Shown: positions 1 through 15,631 of the stretch, piece after piece
How positions within the stretch are numbered: position 1 is the stretch's first letter
Layout: each line of letters opens with the position of its first letter
Origin: Utricularia gibba
Lineage: Eukaryota > Plantae > Magnoliophyta
Assembly: GCA_002189035.1 (NCBI GenBank)
Contig: NEEC01000009.1
Coordinates: 2,976,001-3,040,000, forward strand
Direction of reading: 5' to 3'
DNA: 64,000 nucleotides
Made by a program: the position numbers and the translations under genes
The notes under the pieces: model-generated
Database searches by the model: none
Told to the model about the DNA's origin: nothing
Seen by the model: only the letters and a program-made list of their open reading frames with translations

Positions 1-359
1 GCAAGGACCGAAGATTAAGAGTGAGGAAAACGAAAACAGAAGCCGCAGAATAAAAATACCAGAAGGGATGAGTGCATTGTAATGCCCTTTCAAGTGCACT
101 GGCTTCCATCCTGACCGTACGATACTGGTCCAAGTGAATCTGACGGCTACACGTTTTCCTCTTTTTTATCCCAGTTTCCACATTTCGCAGGCCATGGCTT
201 GTTCTTACAGCTGGGCCGCCACCGACAGCTGTGCAGCCGCTACGGCAATCACCGTTCGGGATCTTCAACTTCAACTCGACTTAACTCAAACCCCTCCTTG
301 TTCTGCTTGGTTTCAGTGTTTCGGAAGAAAAATTGGATTTTTTTTTCAATCATTCTGCA

Positions 360-1910
360 ATGCTTCGCACTAAATCCCATCTCAGAAACTGGATGGGGTT
401 TTCATTGAAGAACAAATCCATTTTTCTACCTCACAGGACAATGCCGCCGGCTAAAGGTCAGGACTTGGATTTTGTCAATGTGGTCAGCAGTTATATAATT
501 CATGCCGAATGGGATAAGCTAGACAAATTGGTGAATTTCTTCACACCCTTTAGAATCAAGCACATTCTGCTGAAAACCCAGAAGGATTACGTTGTGGTGT
601 TTGAGTTTTTCAACTGGGTTGAGGTTAGGAAACCTGAATTGAACACCCTCGATGTGGCATGCATTGTTCTTCACGTTTTAACTAAATACAAGAAGTTTAG
701 ATCAGCAAATGTTATTCTAAGGAGAATTCTTGCACATGGATCCTCTGAGTTGGATCATCCACGGAAGGTTTTTGATGCACTGGTTTATTCTTACAGAATG
801 TGTGAGTCTTCTTCGTTTGTGTTCGATGCTTTGTTTAAAACTTATGCACATATGAAGAAGTTAAGGAATGCTTCTGATTGCTTTTGTTGGATGAAGGATT
901 ATGGTTTTTATCCTACAGTTGTATCTTGTAATGCATATTTGAGTGCACTGAACAGTTTGAAACGCTGGGATATCACATTGGCGTTTTACAAGGAAATTCA
1001 TCGGTGTCGGATTTCACCGAATGTTTATGCCATCAACATGGCTATGGAGGCTTATTGTAAACTGGGAAAATTGGAGCTTGCTGCTGATTTGTTCAATGAA
1101 ATGGAGGGAATGGGGATACCCCGCAATGTTGTTTCATATAATACATTGATTGCAAGCTATTGCAGCAAGGGCCTAATCAGCAAAGGCTTAAAGCTGAAGA
1201 CCATGATGGAGAAAAACGGGATGCAGGCAAACTGTGTTACATATAACACGCTGATGAATGGCTTTTGCAAAGAGGGGAAGCCTCATGAAGCAAGCAGATT
1301 GATGGGAGAGATGAAAAGCAAGGGCCTTTCTGCTGCTGTTATAACTTACAACACATTGATCAGCGGATATACCGCAATGGGATACACTGCAAAAGCCACG
1401 CAGTTGTTTGAGGCAATGTCGGCCAACGGTGTTAAAGCTGACATTTTGACTTATAATGCTTTGATATCAGGGCTGTGCAAGGAGGGTAAGACAAAGAAGT
1501 CTGCATACCTGGTGAAAGAGCTTGATAAGAAAAATTTGGTACCCAATTCTTCGACTTTCGCAGCTCTTATTCAAGGGCAATGTGTGAGAAACAACGCTGA
1601 TCGTGCATTTCAGCTATACAGAAGCATGGTGAAGAGTGGGTGTCACCCGAATGAATCAACTTTCGAGATACTTATATCTGCTTTTCTTCAGAATGAAGAT
1701 TATGATGGGGCTGTTACGGTGCTGAAAGAAATGATTGACAGAGCTGTAGCTCCTTCACAGGGCACAGTGTTGAATCTGATCAGGGGACTGAACCGATGCG
1801 GAGATGTCAAACAAGCCACTGACTTGTGCAGAGAGCTGGAAAATAGGCGCCTCATCTCCAAAGAATGCCTTGAAATCCTTTGTACAGAAGATGCCAAAAA
1901 GGACACCTGA
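360..1910 (+). CDS. P-class pentatricopeptide repeat protein, probably mitochondrial (At4g26680-like), intronless, ~516 aa
   Basis: Tandem 35-aa PPR motifs (VSYNTLIASYCSKG, VTYNTLMNGFCKEG, ITYNTLISGY, LTYNALISGLCKEG). The N-terminal 'KGQDLDFVN' and C-terminal 'LVPNSSTFAALIQGQCVRNNADRAF' match At4g26680 as I recall it. The ORF-track start at 333 is TTG; the first in-frame ATG is at 360. Confidence 0.9.
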   Translation: MLRTKSHLRNWMGFSLKNKSIFLPHRTMPPAKGQDLDFVNVVSSYIIHAEWDKLDKLVNFFTPFRIKHILLKTQKDYVVVFEFFNWVEVRKPELNTLDVACIVLHVLTKYKKFRSANVILRRILAHGSSELDHPRKVFDALVYSYRMCESSSFVFDALFKTYAHMKKLRNASDCFCWMKDYGFYPTVVSCNAYLSALNSLKRWDITLAFYKEIHRCRISPNVYAINMAMEAYCKLGKLELAADLFNEMEGMGIPRNVVSYNTLIASYCSKGLISKGLKLKTMMEKNGMQANCVTYNTLMNGFCKEGKPHEASRLMGEMKSKGLSAAVITYNTLISGYTAMGYTAKATQLFEAMSANGVKADILTYNALISGLCKEGKTKKSAYLVKELDKKNLVPNSSTFAALIQGQCVRNNADRAFQLYRSMVKSGCHPNESTFEILISAFLQNEDYDGAVTVLKEMIDRAVAPSQGTVLNLIRGLNRCGDVKQATDLCRELENRRLISKECLEILCTEDAKKDT

Positions 1911-2618
1911 AACGACCATAGTTCTTTTCTTTGAACAATATGCAGACAGCTTCACAGAATCCTTGGTGCTATACATTCTCAAGGTATGAAGAAATGTAAA
2001 TGTAGGAAGGAATGTTTGCTAATGTTCATGGAACAAACCAACATTATCAGGTATGTTTGTGGTATACATGTAGCTGCAAATTAGCTTCACAAGATAAATG
2101 CGCAAATGGATTCCCTTGTTGTAAGCAGTTTGTTGTGCGAGGCCGAGAGCAGCGCGAGCATTGGAGTGGATCTGGAAAAATGAAGAGACGCAACAGAAGG
2201 AAACTCCCAAATCGGAGAAGACAACCTTTTCCTCGGGAGTGCGGCCCGGGAGAGGGAGGGCGATGAAGAAACGGAATAAATCAGCAGGGTAGAAGCTGCC
2301 CTGTACAGTGTTACATAGTTTCTATATTACAACAATTTTGAACCTTCAAGGGCAGAAACTGTAGTATAAGTTTACATCAGAGAGAGGATGATGGCTTTGT
2401 GCACAGAAGCCATATTTCAGACAAAATCTCATCGGTAGGGGCAACAGTTACAGACAGAAGCAAGCAGGGTAAGTCTAAGGTCATATAGCTCCTACACTTA
2501 GCATGCAATGTAAGTACATGGGAATAGGTGGACGTTACCCCTTTTGATAAATGACTACTTGACAGATTCATATATTGACGCAGCACGCAGAGCGCTGTAT
2601 CTCAGCGTTTCACCTCAT

Positions 2619-6549
<3,931 letters not shown>

Positions 6550-7624
6550 TCTACACTTCGCTTAAACAACAGGAGAAGTTCTCGAAGTAAATGACTACAG
6601 GTACCCAAATCCAACCTGAATTTTGTTCCGACAATTAAACGAATGTAGTAGGGTGAGGAGCGAGTTGAAATTGGGAAACGGTGAGCTGAAACAAGGAGAG
6701 TTTATATTGACGCCACCAGCCCAGAGAAAGGGAGTAGTTGAGGTGGGTGGGGACGAGACAGACTCGCCGGGAAAAGGAAAGAACTCCAATTTAAAGAGTT
6801 TCAAGCTTTAAAAATTGAGACTGAAGGATCTTAAACAAACCCCTCAGATGGATTCAATCCCACTATAAAAAGAAGAGAAGAAACGCCATGACTCCACTCA
6901 ATAACATCCTGTATAAACAAACAAAAAGAAAGTGAGAAATACCCACTGGGTAGTCGGTATTTGGCATACCCTATTTTCAATTCCGGGGGACGATGATGCC
7001 GAACTGCCGGAGATGCTCTCCTCTAATTTTACAGTGAATAATTGTTTTGACTGCCATTACTCTCCGGTTGGCCAGATCCCGAAATGATGTACGGCCCTGC
7101 ATCCCATCCTCCCAGATGCGTCTCTAGCGAGTAGTCTACCTTGAGTACTGTTAAAGCGGAGCCAGATGAAGTGGTAGAGTAGAACATTGAAGTAACTAAA
7201 CAACACGAAAAATCTCGGCTTTCGATTGAATAAACAGATGCAAGAAAGTAAAATTGCTTCTAATGCTACAAAGTTTTATTTCTAAATAATATCAACTCAT
7301 CATAAACACCGATTGGGAGATGGTTTACAAAAGCAGTCATGCCAAAGATTCCCTTCAGAAAATCAATCATATTCTCACTTTTTTTAGGAAAATAATACCT
7401 GGGAAATGTCAAAACACAACAACAAAAAATGTTTTTTTAGGACAAAGTCAATCAATTTTCTTTTAGTCCAAGATTGGAATTTGTCATGTTTTGTCAAGAT
7501 GTGCACGGAACATCAAAGGAAATAATGTCTTTGACATAGACAGGGATCCACGGAATGGAAGATCCTTCGTTTGTTTTTCCCAGCTCTGGATGAACCCCCA
7601 CCACACCTGGGTAGAAAAGTGACA

Positions 7625-9388
7625 TCAGTTGGAGATCATCATTTGCGTCGTCTTTTTCCGTAACCTAGTCACAGAGGACTCGGTCAAACTCAATCTACTT
7701 TTTGCTGCTTTCTTCTTCATCTTCTTCTTGTTTTTCATTCTTTTCTCCAAAGGCAGCATTTCTATGATGGGACCCGGAGGCACACCCTTTTTCAACGCAC
7801 TTCCTCTAGGGGTGACTGATGGAGGCAGCCTCAGGTTCTCTGGAGGCAACGGATTCTGTGGTTTCCACACCAAGTTACGCTTTATGGCAAAGCGAACTTT
7901 CTTCGAGCTTTTTCCTACAGTAGTCTCTGAGCCCATGACACACTCATTGTCATCCGTGAATGTATCTAGACCACCATTAGCATGCTCGTTTGCAGACTCA
8001 GCTCGCCTTCTCTTGCTATGTTTCTTCATCAAGGATACAGGGGTTTTTGGGGAGCCTAAATCCTCACTATTGTTGTCTGATTCTGCATCAACTTCCTCAA
8101 AACTTCTGCGAAGACGCTGAAGGGTTTCTTCATCGAACATTATTTCATCCGTACCAGATTCCCGCTCACCAGGAGCATTCTCTGGATTACTAAAACTCAA
8201 ATCATCGTTTTTCTCAAGTAAAGAGGTTTCTAAAACTCCCTTTTCATGTGTTCTGATCTCTTTCTTCTTCTTCCTCTTCTTCTTCATCTTCTTATCTATT
8301 TCTTCGATACATGTCTTTGCCTTCTTGCGCTGCTTAGGGAGGCCATCTTCATATTGATGCTGCACATCATTACTGTCAACAGCTGTCTGTGTTTCCCCAT
8401 CAGGCATAGACGTATCGCATTCCAAGGGTATCAACTGAGGCACCTCATCATCACCAGCATGGTACTCAGGAATAGCAATTTCGATACCGGATGATTCCAA
8501 CTCCTTTTCTAACTTCCGAAACTCCTCATGCAAACCCAAAACAACCTTTCTGTTCCCTTGAATGCAGTCAATCCCCGAACCAACCTGGTATAACTTCTCC
8601 GATAATCCCATCTTTAAGGCAACAATTCCTAGCAACACAACTCCATCTTGCCCATCACAAGTGACCCCCATTTTTTTCTTCGCCAGTAAGTCCCTTCCCA
8701 TTTTCACCAACTCATTAAAGACACAACTCTTCATCTTCCCCAGCAAAATTTTGTCTTGAGACTTGAGAAATGCCTCAAAAAAGGGTCTCAAAATCGCATA
8801 AACAACCTCCCTCTTCACAGGAAAACCAACGCTCTTCAACTCTTCCAAAAAGACAGAAACAATATGATAATTTACCCCATTCCCCCTAAGTTTATCCTCT
8901 GCCGTAAACCCGTGCTTGTCTAAAACCCCAAAATAGACGCCCACAACATCGAGATCCCATCCTCTCGACCTAAACATCTCAAACAACACCCTCACAAAAC
9001 GTCGTATCAACAAGTAAAATTTGTCCAGCCTCAGCCTATCTATCCCAGGCCACTCCCTCCTAAGCGTTACCAAGAATCCACGAAAGAACTCCACCGAAAG
9101 TGGTGGCCGAAGCGACAAAAACAAGGAAGTGAGGCGATCGATTAACGCTACCTGGTTTGGCGTTTTGTCGGAATGCCATAGGCAGTAAAAAAGACCCTTC
9201 CAGATCCTTCCGACATCAGCCTCAGTGAGAAGTTGTGGCTCCGAAGACAGCCAAGCGTGAATAAGGCGCAAGGATTGAGATCTGAGCCTGGGATTACATG
9301 AGGCCAAGTACTTGATCAGCGCCGGCCCTGCTACCGCAGACGCTAGAACAGGATGCAGGGGCTTCGGCCCCCGAGATCTCTTCTTCAT
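7625..9388 (-). CDS. RRP1: Ribosomal RNA processing protein 1 (RRP1/Nop52 family), intronless, ~587 aa
   Basis: Nop52 motifs IWKGLFYCLWHSDK and LRREWPGIDRLRLDKFYLLIRRF; acidic/basic C-terminus with KKVRF and TPRGSALKKG. The ORF-track start at 9424 is TTG; the ATG is at 9388. Confidence 0.9.
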   Translation of the reverse strand: MKKRSRGPKPLHPVLASAVAGPALIKYLASCNPRLRSQSLRLIHAWLSSEPQLLTEADVGRIWKGLFYCLWHSDKTPNQVALIDRLTSLFLSLRPPLSVEFFRGFLVTLRREWPGIDRLRLDKFYLLIRRFVRVLFEMFRSRGWDLDVVGVYFGVLDKHGFTAEDKLRGNGVNYHIVSVFLEELKSVGFPVKREVVYAILRPFFEAFLKSQDKILLGKMKSCVFNELVKMGRDLLAKKKMGVTCDGQDGVVLLGIVALKMGLSEKLYQVGSGIDCIQGNRKVVLGLHEEFRKLEKELESSGIEIAIPEYHAGDDEVPQLIPLECDTSMPDGETQTAVDSNDVQHQYEDGLPKQRKKAKTCIEEIDKKMKKKRKKKKEIRTHEKGVLETSLLEKNDDLSFSNPENAPGERESGTDEIMFDEETLQRLRRSFEEVDAESDNNSEDLGSPKTPVSLMKKHSKRRRAESANEHANGGLDTFTDDNECVMGSETTVGKSSKKVRFAIKRNLVWKPQNPLPPENLRLPPSVTPRGSALKKGVPPGPIIEMLPLEKRMKNKKKMKKKAAKSRLSLTESSVTRLRKKTTQMMISN

Positions 9389-9453
9389 CGACCTCAATTG
9401 CGATGGCGGCTCTCTTCCCCCCAAATTCTACCTCTCTTTTCTCCTGTACCTTG

Positions 9454-9499
9454 TTAGGGTTTGTCGATTAGCAGCACCCCCATCGCCATTCAAACCCTA
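9454..9499. promoter_or_regulatory. Two telo-boxes (AAACCCTA) upstream of RRP1
   Basis: TTAGGGTTT at 9454-9462 and AAACCCTA at 9492-9499, 65-110 bp upstream of the RRP1 ATG. Telo-boxes are typical of plant ribosome-biogenesis genes. Confidence 0.65.
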
Positions 9500-9681
9500 G
9501 CGACGGCCGCCTTCGTTTCTAATAAACACAAACCAATTCCACCCTAGAAAAACAAAGCGCGCAAAACATTTCATTTTTCAGAATAAAAATTCGAAAATAA
9601 ACGGAATAATTTCATTTCCTGACGCAATTATTGTAAAAAAAATTAATATTAAAATTTATCAATTTTTTCCAGAACTCGCTA

Positions 9682-12404
9682 TTAACTTCCGGCGGCAGTC
9701 GAGCTTCTCGACGGAGTTCTTGGAACCATAGAAGACAAAGGCTTCAACCAGTCATTGACTGTACTGCGACTCCTTGTTTCCTGCAAACGGGAAATCAGCC
9801 ACTGATAATCAGCAAGCGTTTCCGGCGACAGCGGCTCCAGGAACTCGCACTTGGAAAGAATCTCAGCGGGGGGTATGACATTGTGAATCATATTCGTCTC
9901 CAGTTTTGGCCTCCGGCTGCTCTCACTGTTCTCCTGCTCCTTAGGAATGATGGCGTTGGGCGATGCACCAACTGACGTTTCCATGTTGAATGGTTTGGCT
10001 CTTTCCGGCTGCAAGCAGAACTCTATCCATTGTCGCACCACCGGCGAGGGTTCTCTGATCCGTCCCCCGATCTTGTCAGTTGCACCGTGCTTTGATGTAT
10101 TTGGTATCGCCTGCATCATGAAGGAGCGATGGTAAATGCCACTTCATGTTTGATGCACCGGATCAAGTAACTGAATATTCAGAAACTATGGAGTTATACC
10201 CAGAAATCAGCCCACAAGCTAGCACCCGAATGAGGAACTACTACAGCAACATTTGACATAGTTTTGGCTACCGGAATAACGTCACTGCTCCATCCGACAG
10301 CCACCCACACGTCCCCAGCCTTTAAGGCTTTAAGGTAATACTGACTGTCAAACACTCGGACCTGCAAGGGCAGTTGGTAAGCACGCATGTCGTTGCATTC
10401 AGGAACCAACTAGACTGGTGCGTAGAGCCGTAGAGGGTCTGTCTATATGTACGCAGTTATTATCCTATAGTCTCTGTAAATATGGTTTATAGGGAAAAGG
10501 CATTCATCTTTCCATGTTACCTGTTGAGACAACAATTGCAGCTGCTGCAGCAATGCATGCCTTCCTCCAACCACTTGAGATTCGATGTTTGTAGTATTGT
10601 ATGATGCCCCCATGTACTTCAAAGTGGCACCGACAACCTCCCGAGGCGATTCCACCATCGCAATTTTTCCTCGAAGTTCAGGGCGCCATAAATCTGACCA
10701 GTCCTGCACTTTTTTTCTGAATCTTAGATGGGAAACCAGGAAAACAAGGAAATTTCAGATTGATTAGTTCTCACATCTCATCAACAGCGCAGCAACACAA
10801 ATATTTTAACTACTGCTGCTGATAGTATAAGAACAAAATAACCCTTGAAAGAAAACCATACTTTAACAGGATTCAGCTTGTGCTTCTGAAATTCCTTTTT
10901 ATTATAAGCTATCACCATGCTGCCCCAACGGTATGGTACAGCCCATATTCTCCCTTGGTGATCCACGTTACCATCAGGGCTCCTGCGTAAATATATCTGA
11001 GATTATTTCAGCACCCCAAGCGTGACCTCCAGTGTGTTTCAGTATCGGAAATAGGAACGATTGAGTTAAACTATTATCGAATCTTTCTGCAGAAGATTTT
11101 TAAAGGGAGAGAACATGCAAAGGAAATAAATGAAAATAATTACTTGTAGTCCCCTTGTACTTTGGATCTGATTCAAAATTTTAAAAGAGCGAAAATTTCA
11201 GTCATTCAGAATTACTAGTGTTTTATTGATAACATAATTTATGAACCCAAGGGCTGAGAAAGCCTACCGTAGCCTATCATTCACATTATTTGTTGGAAAT
11301 CCACATAGTGCGCACATGGTCAAGAGTTGAAAATAGATGAACACAATAATGAGCGGAAAACTACACTCATACCTTCCAGCTGTCACTTAACTCTTGAAAC
11401 CAATCTTGGTCTTCAGCTCGTTCAATAGGAACAAGTAAATCTTCTGCAATGGCAAAATTGAGCCAGGCATCTCCAACAGAAACCAGGTCAGCTGCTGCAG
11501 CAGACTTAGGAGTTAATTTCCTTTTACCAAATGGATATAGGAGTTCCTGATAAATATCTGCAAGGCTTCGACGAAATCCAGGAGACAAGCGAACTCTTTT
11601 TCCTTGGGATCGCAAGAAGTCCTGCAAGGCAGCGGCATCATTATGAAATATGAAAGGGTAATAAAATGTGGGAATACTTTGCTTGAAGCAGTAATTTAAA
11701 TGCAAAACGAAAATGTAATAAGAGGAATCAATCCATGGTTGAAAAGGACCTTCAAAAACGAAAAACTTACTCGAACCCATATGGGAGGCAGCGAACCTTG
11801 CAAAGCAACTAAACTTAAAGGGACCGTCAAGGCATATGACTTAGACTTCCAGCGCTCAAATTCCTCTTTCGTATTACTATTTCCAGTGTAATCCAAACTT
11901 TCTGGACTTCCCACATCATCACTCTCTGGAAATTAACAAGCAGACAATACGATATAGAGAAATGCAGAGGGGATTCTTATCACAAAGTTCATATGACGGT
12001 AATGGCTCAAGTTTAAACATAGCCTGCCTCCAATTACTAACCCTTAAGCAAAATATTTTGCAATGGCGTACGAGACAAATCTTTACAAACTTAATACAAG
12101 CACATGTACCTTGCTGCAAATAACTACTGGAGGAGGGGGAGTACGGAAGAATCCAAGCTGATGCTGGGGAAGAAAAGGCACGCAGGTTGCTGAGACACAA
12201 CCCCATCCCAATAACCGATGAAACACACAGCTGCCGGATCACTTTTCCAGTATAGGAATCACGATTATCACTGCTTGGAGTAGATGAGGAGAGCGTAATC
12301 GAAAGCTGTCGCGGCGAGCGTATAGAATCGAAGATCTTGACACAAATGGGGCTAGGGCTGGAATAGATTATTCCAGTCCCCAAAGAAAGAAGCACCACTG
12401 GCAT
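9682..12404 (-). CDS. ENF2: Plastid-targeted putrescine/spermidine-binding (PotD/PotF-like) protein, ENF2/At1g31410-like, about 7 exons
   Basis: Ser-rich transit-peptide-like N-terminus. Exons encode WAVPYRWGSMVIAYNK, DWSDLWRPELRGKIAMVESPREVVG and GDVWVAVGWSSDVIP...GASLWADFW, motifs of bacterial polyamine ABC substrate-binding proteins. Confidence 0.82.
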
Positions 12405-12702
12405 GTTGAAATGCCTCTAGGGCTCAGAAAGCGCTAACAACGCTCAAAACAGTGAAACTAAAACGACAACTGGGAGCGATTCATAAGATTGGATGTATGC
12501 CACCGCTTATGGCGATTCTCAGCTGCAGATGATGAAAAGAACACAGAGATGAAATAATGTCACCAAATCAGAAACCTAAGCACACATTTTTTGGTCAATT
12601 GGGGATACATCCGGGTCTCCGTGCACTTCAAGAGCCCTAGATCTGAGCATGACACCTGGGTGGACTCGCGGGTGGGGTGGGATGGATCAAGATTCTTGCA
12701 AG

Positions 12703-12729
12703 AAAAAAAAAAAAAAAAAAAAAAAAAAA
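12703..12729 (+). repeat. poly(A)27 tract
   Basis: Direct reading. It lies between the divergent ENF2 and GT47 genes. Confidence 0.9.
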
Positions 12730-13357
12730 GAATCAAGCCTGTCCATTAATTGGATGATTGCTCATTAATACAGATACGGGTACGCATTTTTTTTTTTTAA
12801 AAAAAAGCAAGAATTACAGAAGATGCCGTGTTCGCTTCCATGGACCAGTCCGATTCTTCAGCTCCTTCCCTATTCTTACCACGCTGGTTGAATTGAAATT
12901 GGAATAAGGCTTCAATCATGCTCCCTCATGGGCGAGTAGGAGCGATAGGAAGGAATCTGTTGCCCGCCGGCATTGATGACCATTCTCTAATCGATGGAAT
13001 GGCTGCTCTGTCTATTTAGTATCCTTCAGGGTGGTTGTTGGTTTGCGATTACCCATCTGGGTTCTCGCTTATTTGCCTTTTTGAATACGTTGCTGCGAAA
13101 GGGATATCGATTGATCTGCTGTCGGATATGTTCGTAGTTGGGTTTGGCCTCTGATTTCGGATCTCTTTTTGAAGCAGCTGGTCATCGTTTTTCTGGTTTT
13201 ATTCTGTCTGTTCACCTAGAATCTCGAGTTCGATTCTGAAACTGCAAGGAGTTATGCCATCTAATGTTGAACGTTTTGTTTTGATGAAAACCTCTTTTGC
13301 ATGGGATTTATTCATCGGTTTTTAGATGCTGATTTTCTTGGAATCAGAATGTGAGAG

Positions 13358-14949
13358 ATGGGGGTTTTCAGATACAAATCCCTCTTCTATTGGTTTCTGC
13401 TTACATCAGTTTTGTTTGTGTTCTCTTGGTTCTTGGTTCTTCGGTCGACAAGCGAGTCTCATTTTCTTGATTCTAGTTCGGAGTCAAGAACTCTTCCATT
13501 TTCCGAGGTTGTGAAGGTCGCTGGTGTTCACCGGGATACGAGTTCTGCCCCTTGTCCTCAGCCTAGTGAGGCCATTCTCAAGGTTTTCATGTATGACTTG
13601 CCCCCGGAGTTTCATTTCAATCTCTTGGATTGGAAAGGGAATACACATACTGTGTGGCCGGATCTTCGTGTCATTGTTCCACATTATCCTGGTGGCTTAA
13701 ATTTGCAGCATAGCATAGAGTATTGGCTGACTTTGGATCTCTTGAACTCTGAATTTTCAGACTCTTTTCAAGGACGTAGTGCTAGAAGAGTAAGCAATTC
13801 CAGTGAGGCAGATGTTGTCTTTGTTCCCTTTTTTTCATCCCTAAGCTATAACCGATATTCAAAGGCGAAGCCTGGCCAGGCTAGGAGCCTGAATGATGCA
13901 TTACAGCAGAAGTTAGTCAGCTTCCTAAGAGATCAAAAAGAATGGAAGAGATCTGGTGGAATGGATCATATTGTCGTTGCACACCATCCAAACAGCCTCT
14001 TAGATGCTAGAATGAAGCTTTGGCCTGCCACATTTATTCTGTCTGATTTTGGTAGATATCCTCCTACCATTGCAAATGTTGAGAAAGATCTGATCGCACC
14101 ATACAAGCATGTGGTCAAGAGTTTTGTGAATGACTCACTGGGTTTTGATAGCCGTCCCATCTTGCTGTATTTCCAAGGAGCTATATACAGGAAGGATGTA
14201 AGTATACACTTTTTTTGTGATTCTTGAGCTAGTCTGATACTGGGTCCTGTAGTCTATCAATATTTCGAGCTTAAACTGTAAACTTCAAGAATATGGCGAC
14301 TATGTGTCAGCACAAGAACTTAACTTGAGCTACTTCAAACCCGTTTGCACCCTGCCATAGCAATACTTTTCACTGCTTCACCTGATATTATGTTCTTGTT
14401 ACAGGGGGAGTAGTACGACAGGAGCTGTATCACATGCTGAAAAATGAGCCGGACGTGCACTTTGCTTTTGGAAGTGTTCAGAAAAACGGGATCAAAGATG
14501 CCACTGAGGGCATGCGGTCCTCTAAATTCTGTCTCAACATTGCTGGTGACACGCCTTCATCGAACCGGCTTTTCGATGCTATAGCAAGCCACTGCGTCCC
14601 CGTGATTATCAGTGATGAAATTGAGCTTCCATATGAAGATGTGCTCGACTACTCCAAATTCTGCATATTCATCCGCACATCAGACGCAACCAAGAAAAAC
14701 TTTGTCCTAAATCTTGCACGGAATGTCAACAAAAGTAAGTGGACCAGAATGTGGACAAGGCTGAAAGAAATCGAGAATTTCTATGAGTTCCGGTACCCTT
14801 CTCATGAGAACGATGCCACCCAAATGATATGGCAGGCAGTTTCAAGGAAGGTGCCCATGATCAGGAGGAGGATTCATCGCTCCAGGAGGCTCTCTGGCAT
14901 CAAGGGCCCAGCATTCCACTCCTTTTCTCTGCCCAAGAGTTTGTCTTAA
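13358..14949 (+). CDS. Exostosin-family glycosyltransferase (GT47, ARAD1-like/At3g45400-like), 2 exons; splice junction is one base out of frame as assembled
   Basis: Type II membrane anchor, LKVFMYDLPPEFHF, EADVVFVPFFSSLSYN, SSKFCLNIAGDTPSSNRLFDAIASHCVPVIISD. Exon 1 ends at 14197 (GTAAGT follows) and exon 2 starts at about 14405 (TTACAG precedes). Confidence 0.9.
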
Positions 14950-15476
14950 GTAGTAGAAGAAGAGGAAGCATTGCAAGGGAACAATCTCCATCCCTACCAA
15001 GTTCAGTAGAGCCACTGAACTCTAGTCTAGTGTACACTAACTTAGCCCAAAGTAATGGCTTTTTGTCCCTTCTCAGATTCTGCATAGATCTCAAAGGAGT
15101 CATATTTGGCCCCATATATCCACACTGGGTACAAAACTCTGCAGCAACCTTGTTAAAACATGGAACCACTAGAATTCTAAAATTTACTATATCAAGTGAA
15201 TTAAGATTGAATTGTGTTTAAATCATGAATCATTTTAAGATAAGAATTTGATTCGTTTTGATTAGATTATTGTTAAATCGTTTTGAACTTTAAACTATTA
15301 GTATAAACGGTTTACGGTTTCTTTGATTATTTACACCACTGCTCCAGAATTAGTGGCATCATCTTATCTTTGTCCTCATGATCATGTGTTAGAATTTTGT
15401 TAGGAAAGAGGGGAGTGTGTGGTTAAAAGTTCAACTGCACAGAAGGGAAATAAGTGTGCAGAAGTGGGTGAACAGG

Positions 15477-15504
15477 TGGGCTTGAAAATGAAGCCCTAGG
15501 CCCA
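15477..15504. promoter_or_regulatory. Site II (TCP-binding) elements upstream of RPS2
   Basis: TGGGCT at 15477-15482 and GGCCCA at 15499-15504, about 130-150 bp upstream of the RPS2 ATG. This is the classic arrangement for plant ribosomal protein promoters. Confidence 0.6.
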
Positions 15505-15631
15505 TTATCAGCGGAGGGTTTTGTGCCTTATTTTATCCAGCAGCAATTCGGCTTTGGGTGCAGCAGCCAAGGATTGTGTTCATAGGTTCGGCGGCGGTTT
15601 AGGGGATTTCGTCTGTTGCCGTTGTTGAATT

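Noticed and set aside
333-359. ORF-track starts at 333, 9424 and 22468
   Set aside because: These are TTG codons. The genuine ATGs are at 360, 9388 and 22444.
7629-8120. Long antisense or alternate-frame ORFs (e.g. 7629-8120, 15580-16104, 44287-44742, 61284-61856)
   Set aside because: They are shadows of real genes on the opposite strand or frame and have no recognisable motifs.
12600-12729. GC-rich segment plus A27 as a SINE or retrocopy
   Set aside because: No Pol III A/B boxes and no target-site duplication were found.
15564-15574. CAGCCAAGGAT resembles the 5' end of miR169
   Set aside because: Only 11 nt match before diverging, no star arm or hairpin is visible, and it lies in the RPS2 core promoter/5' UTR.
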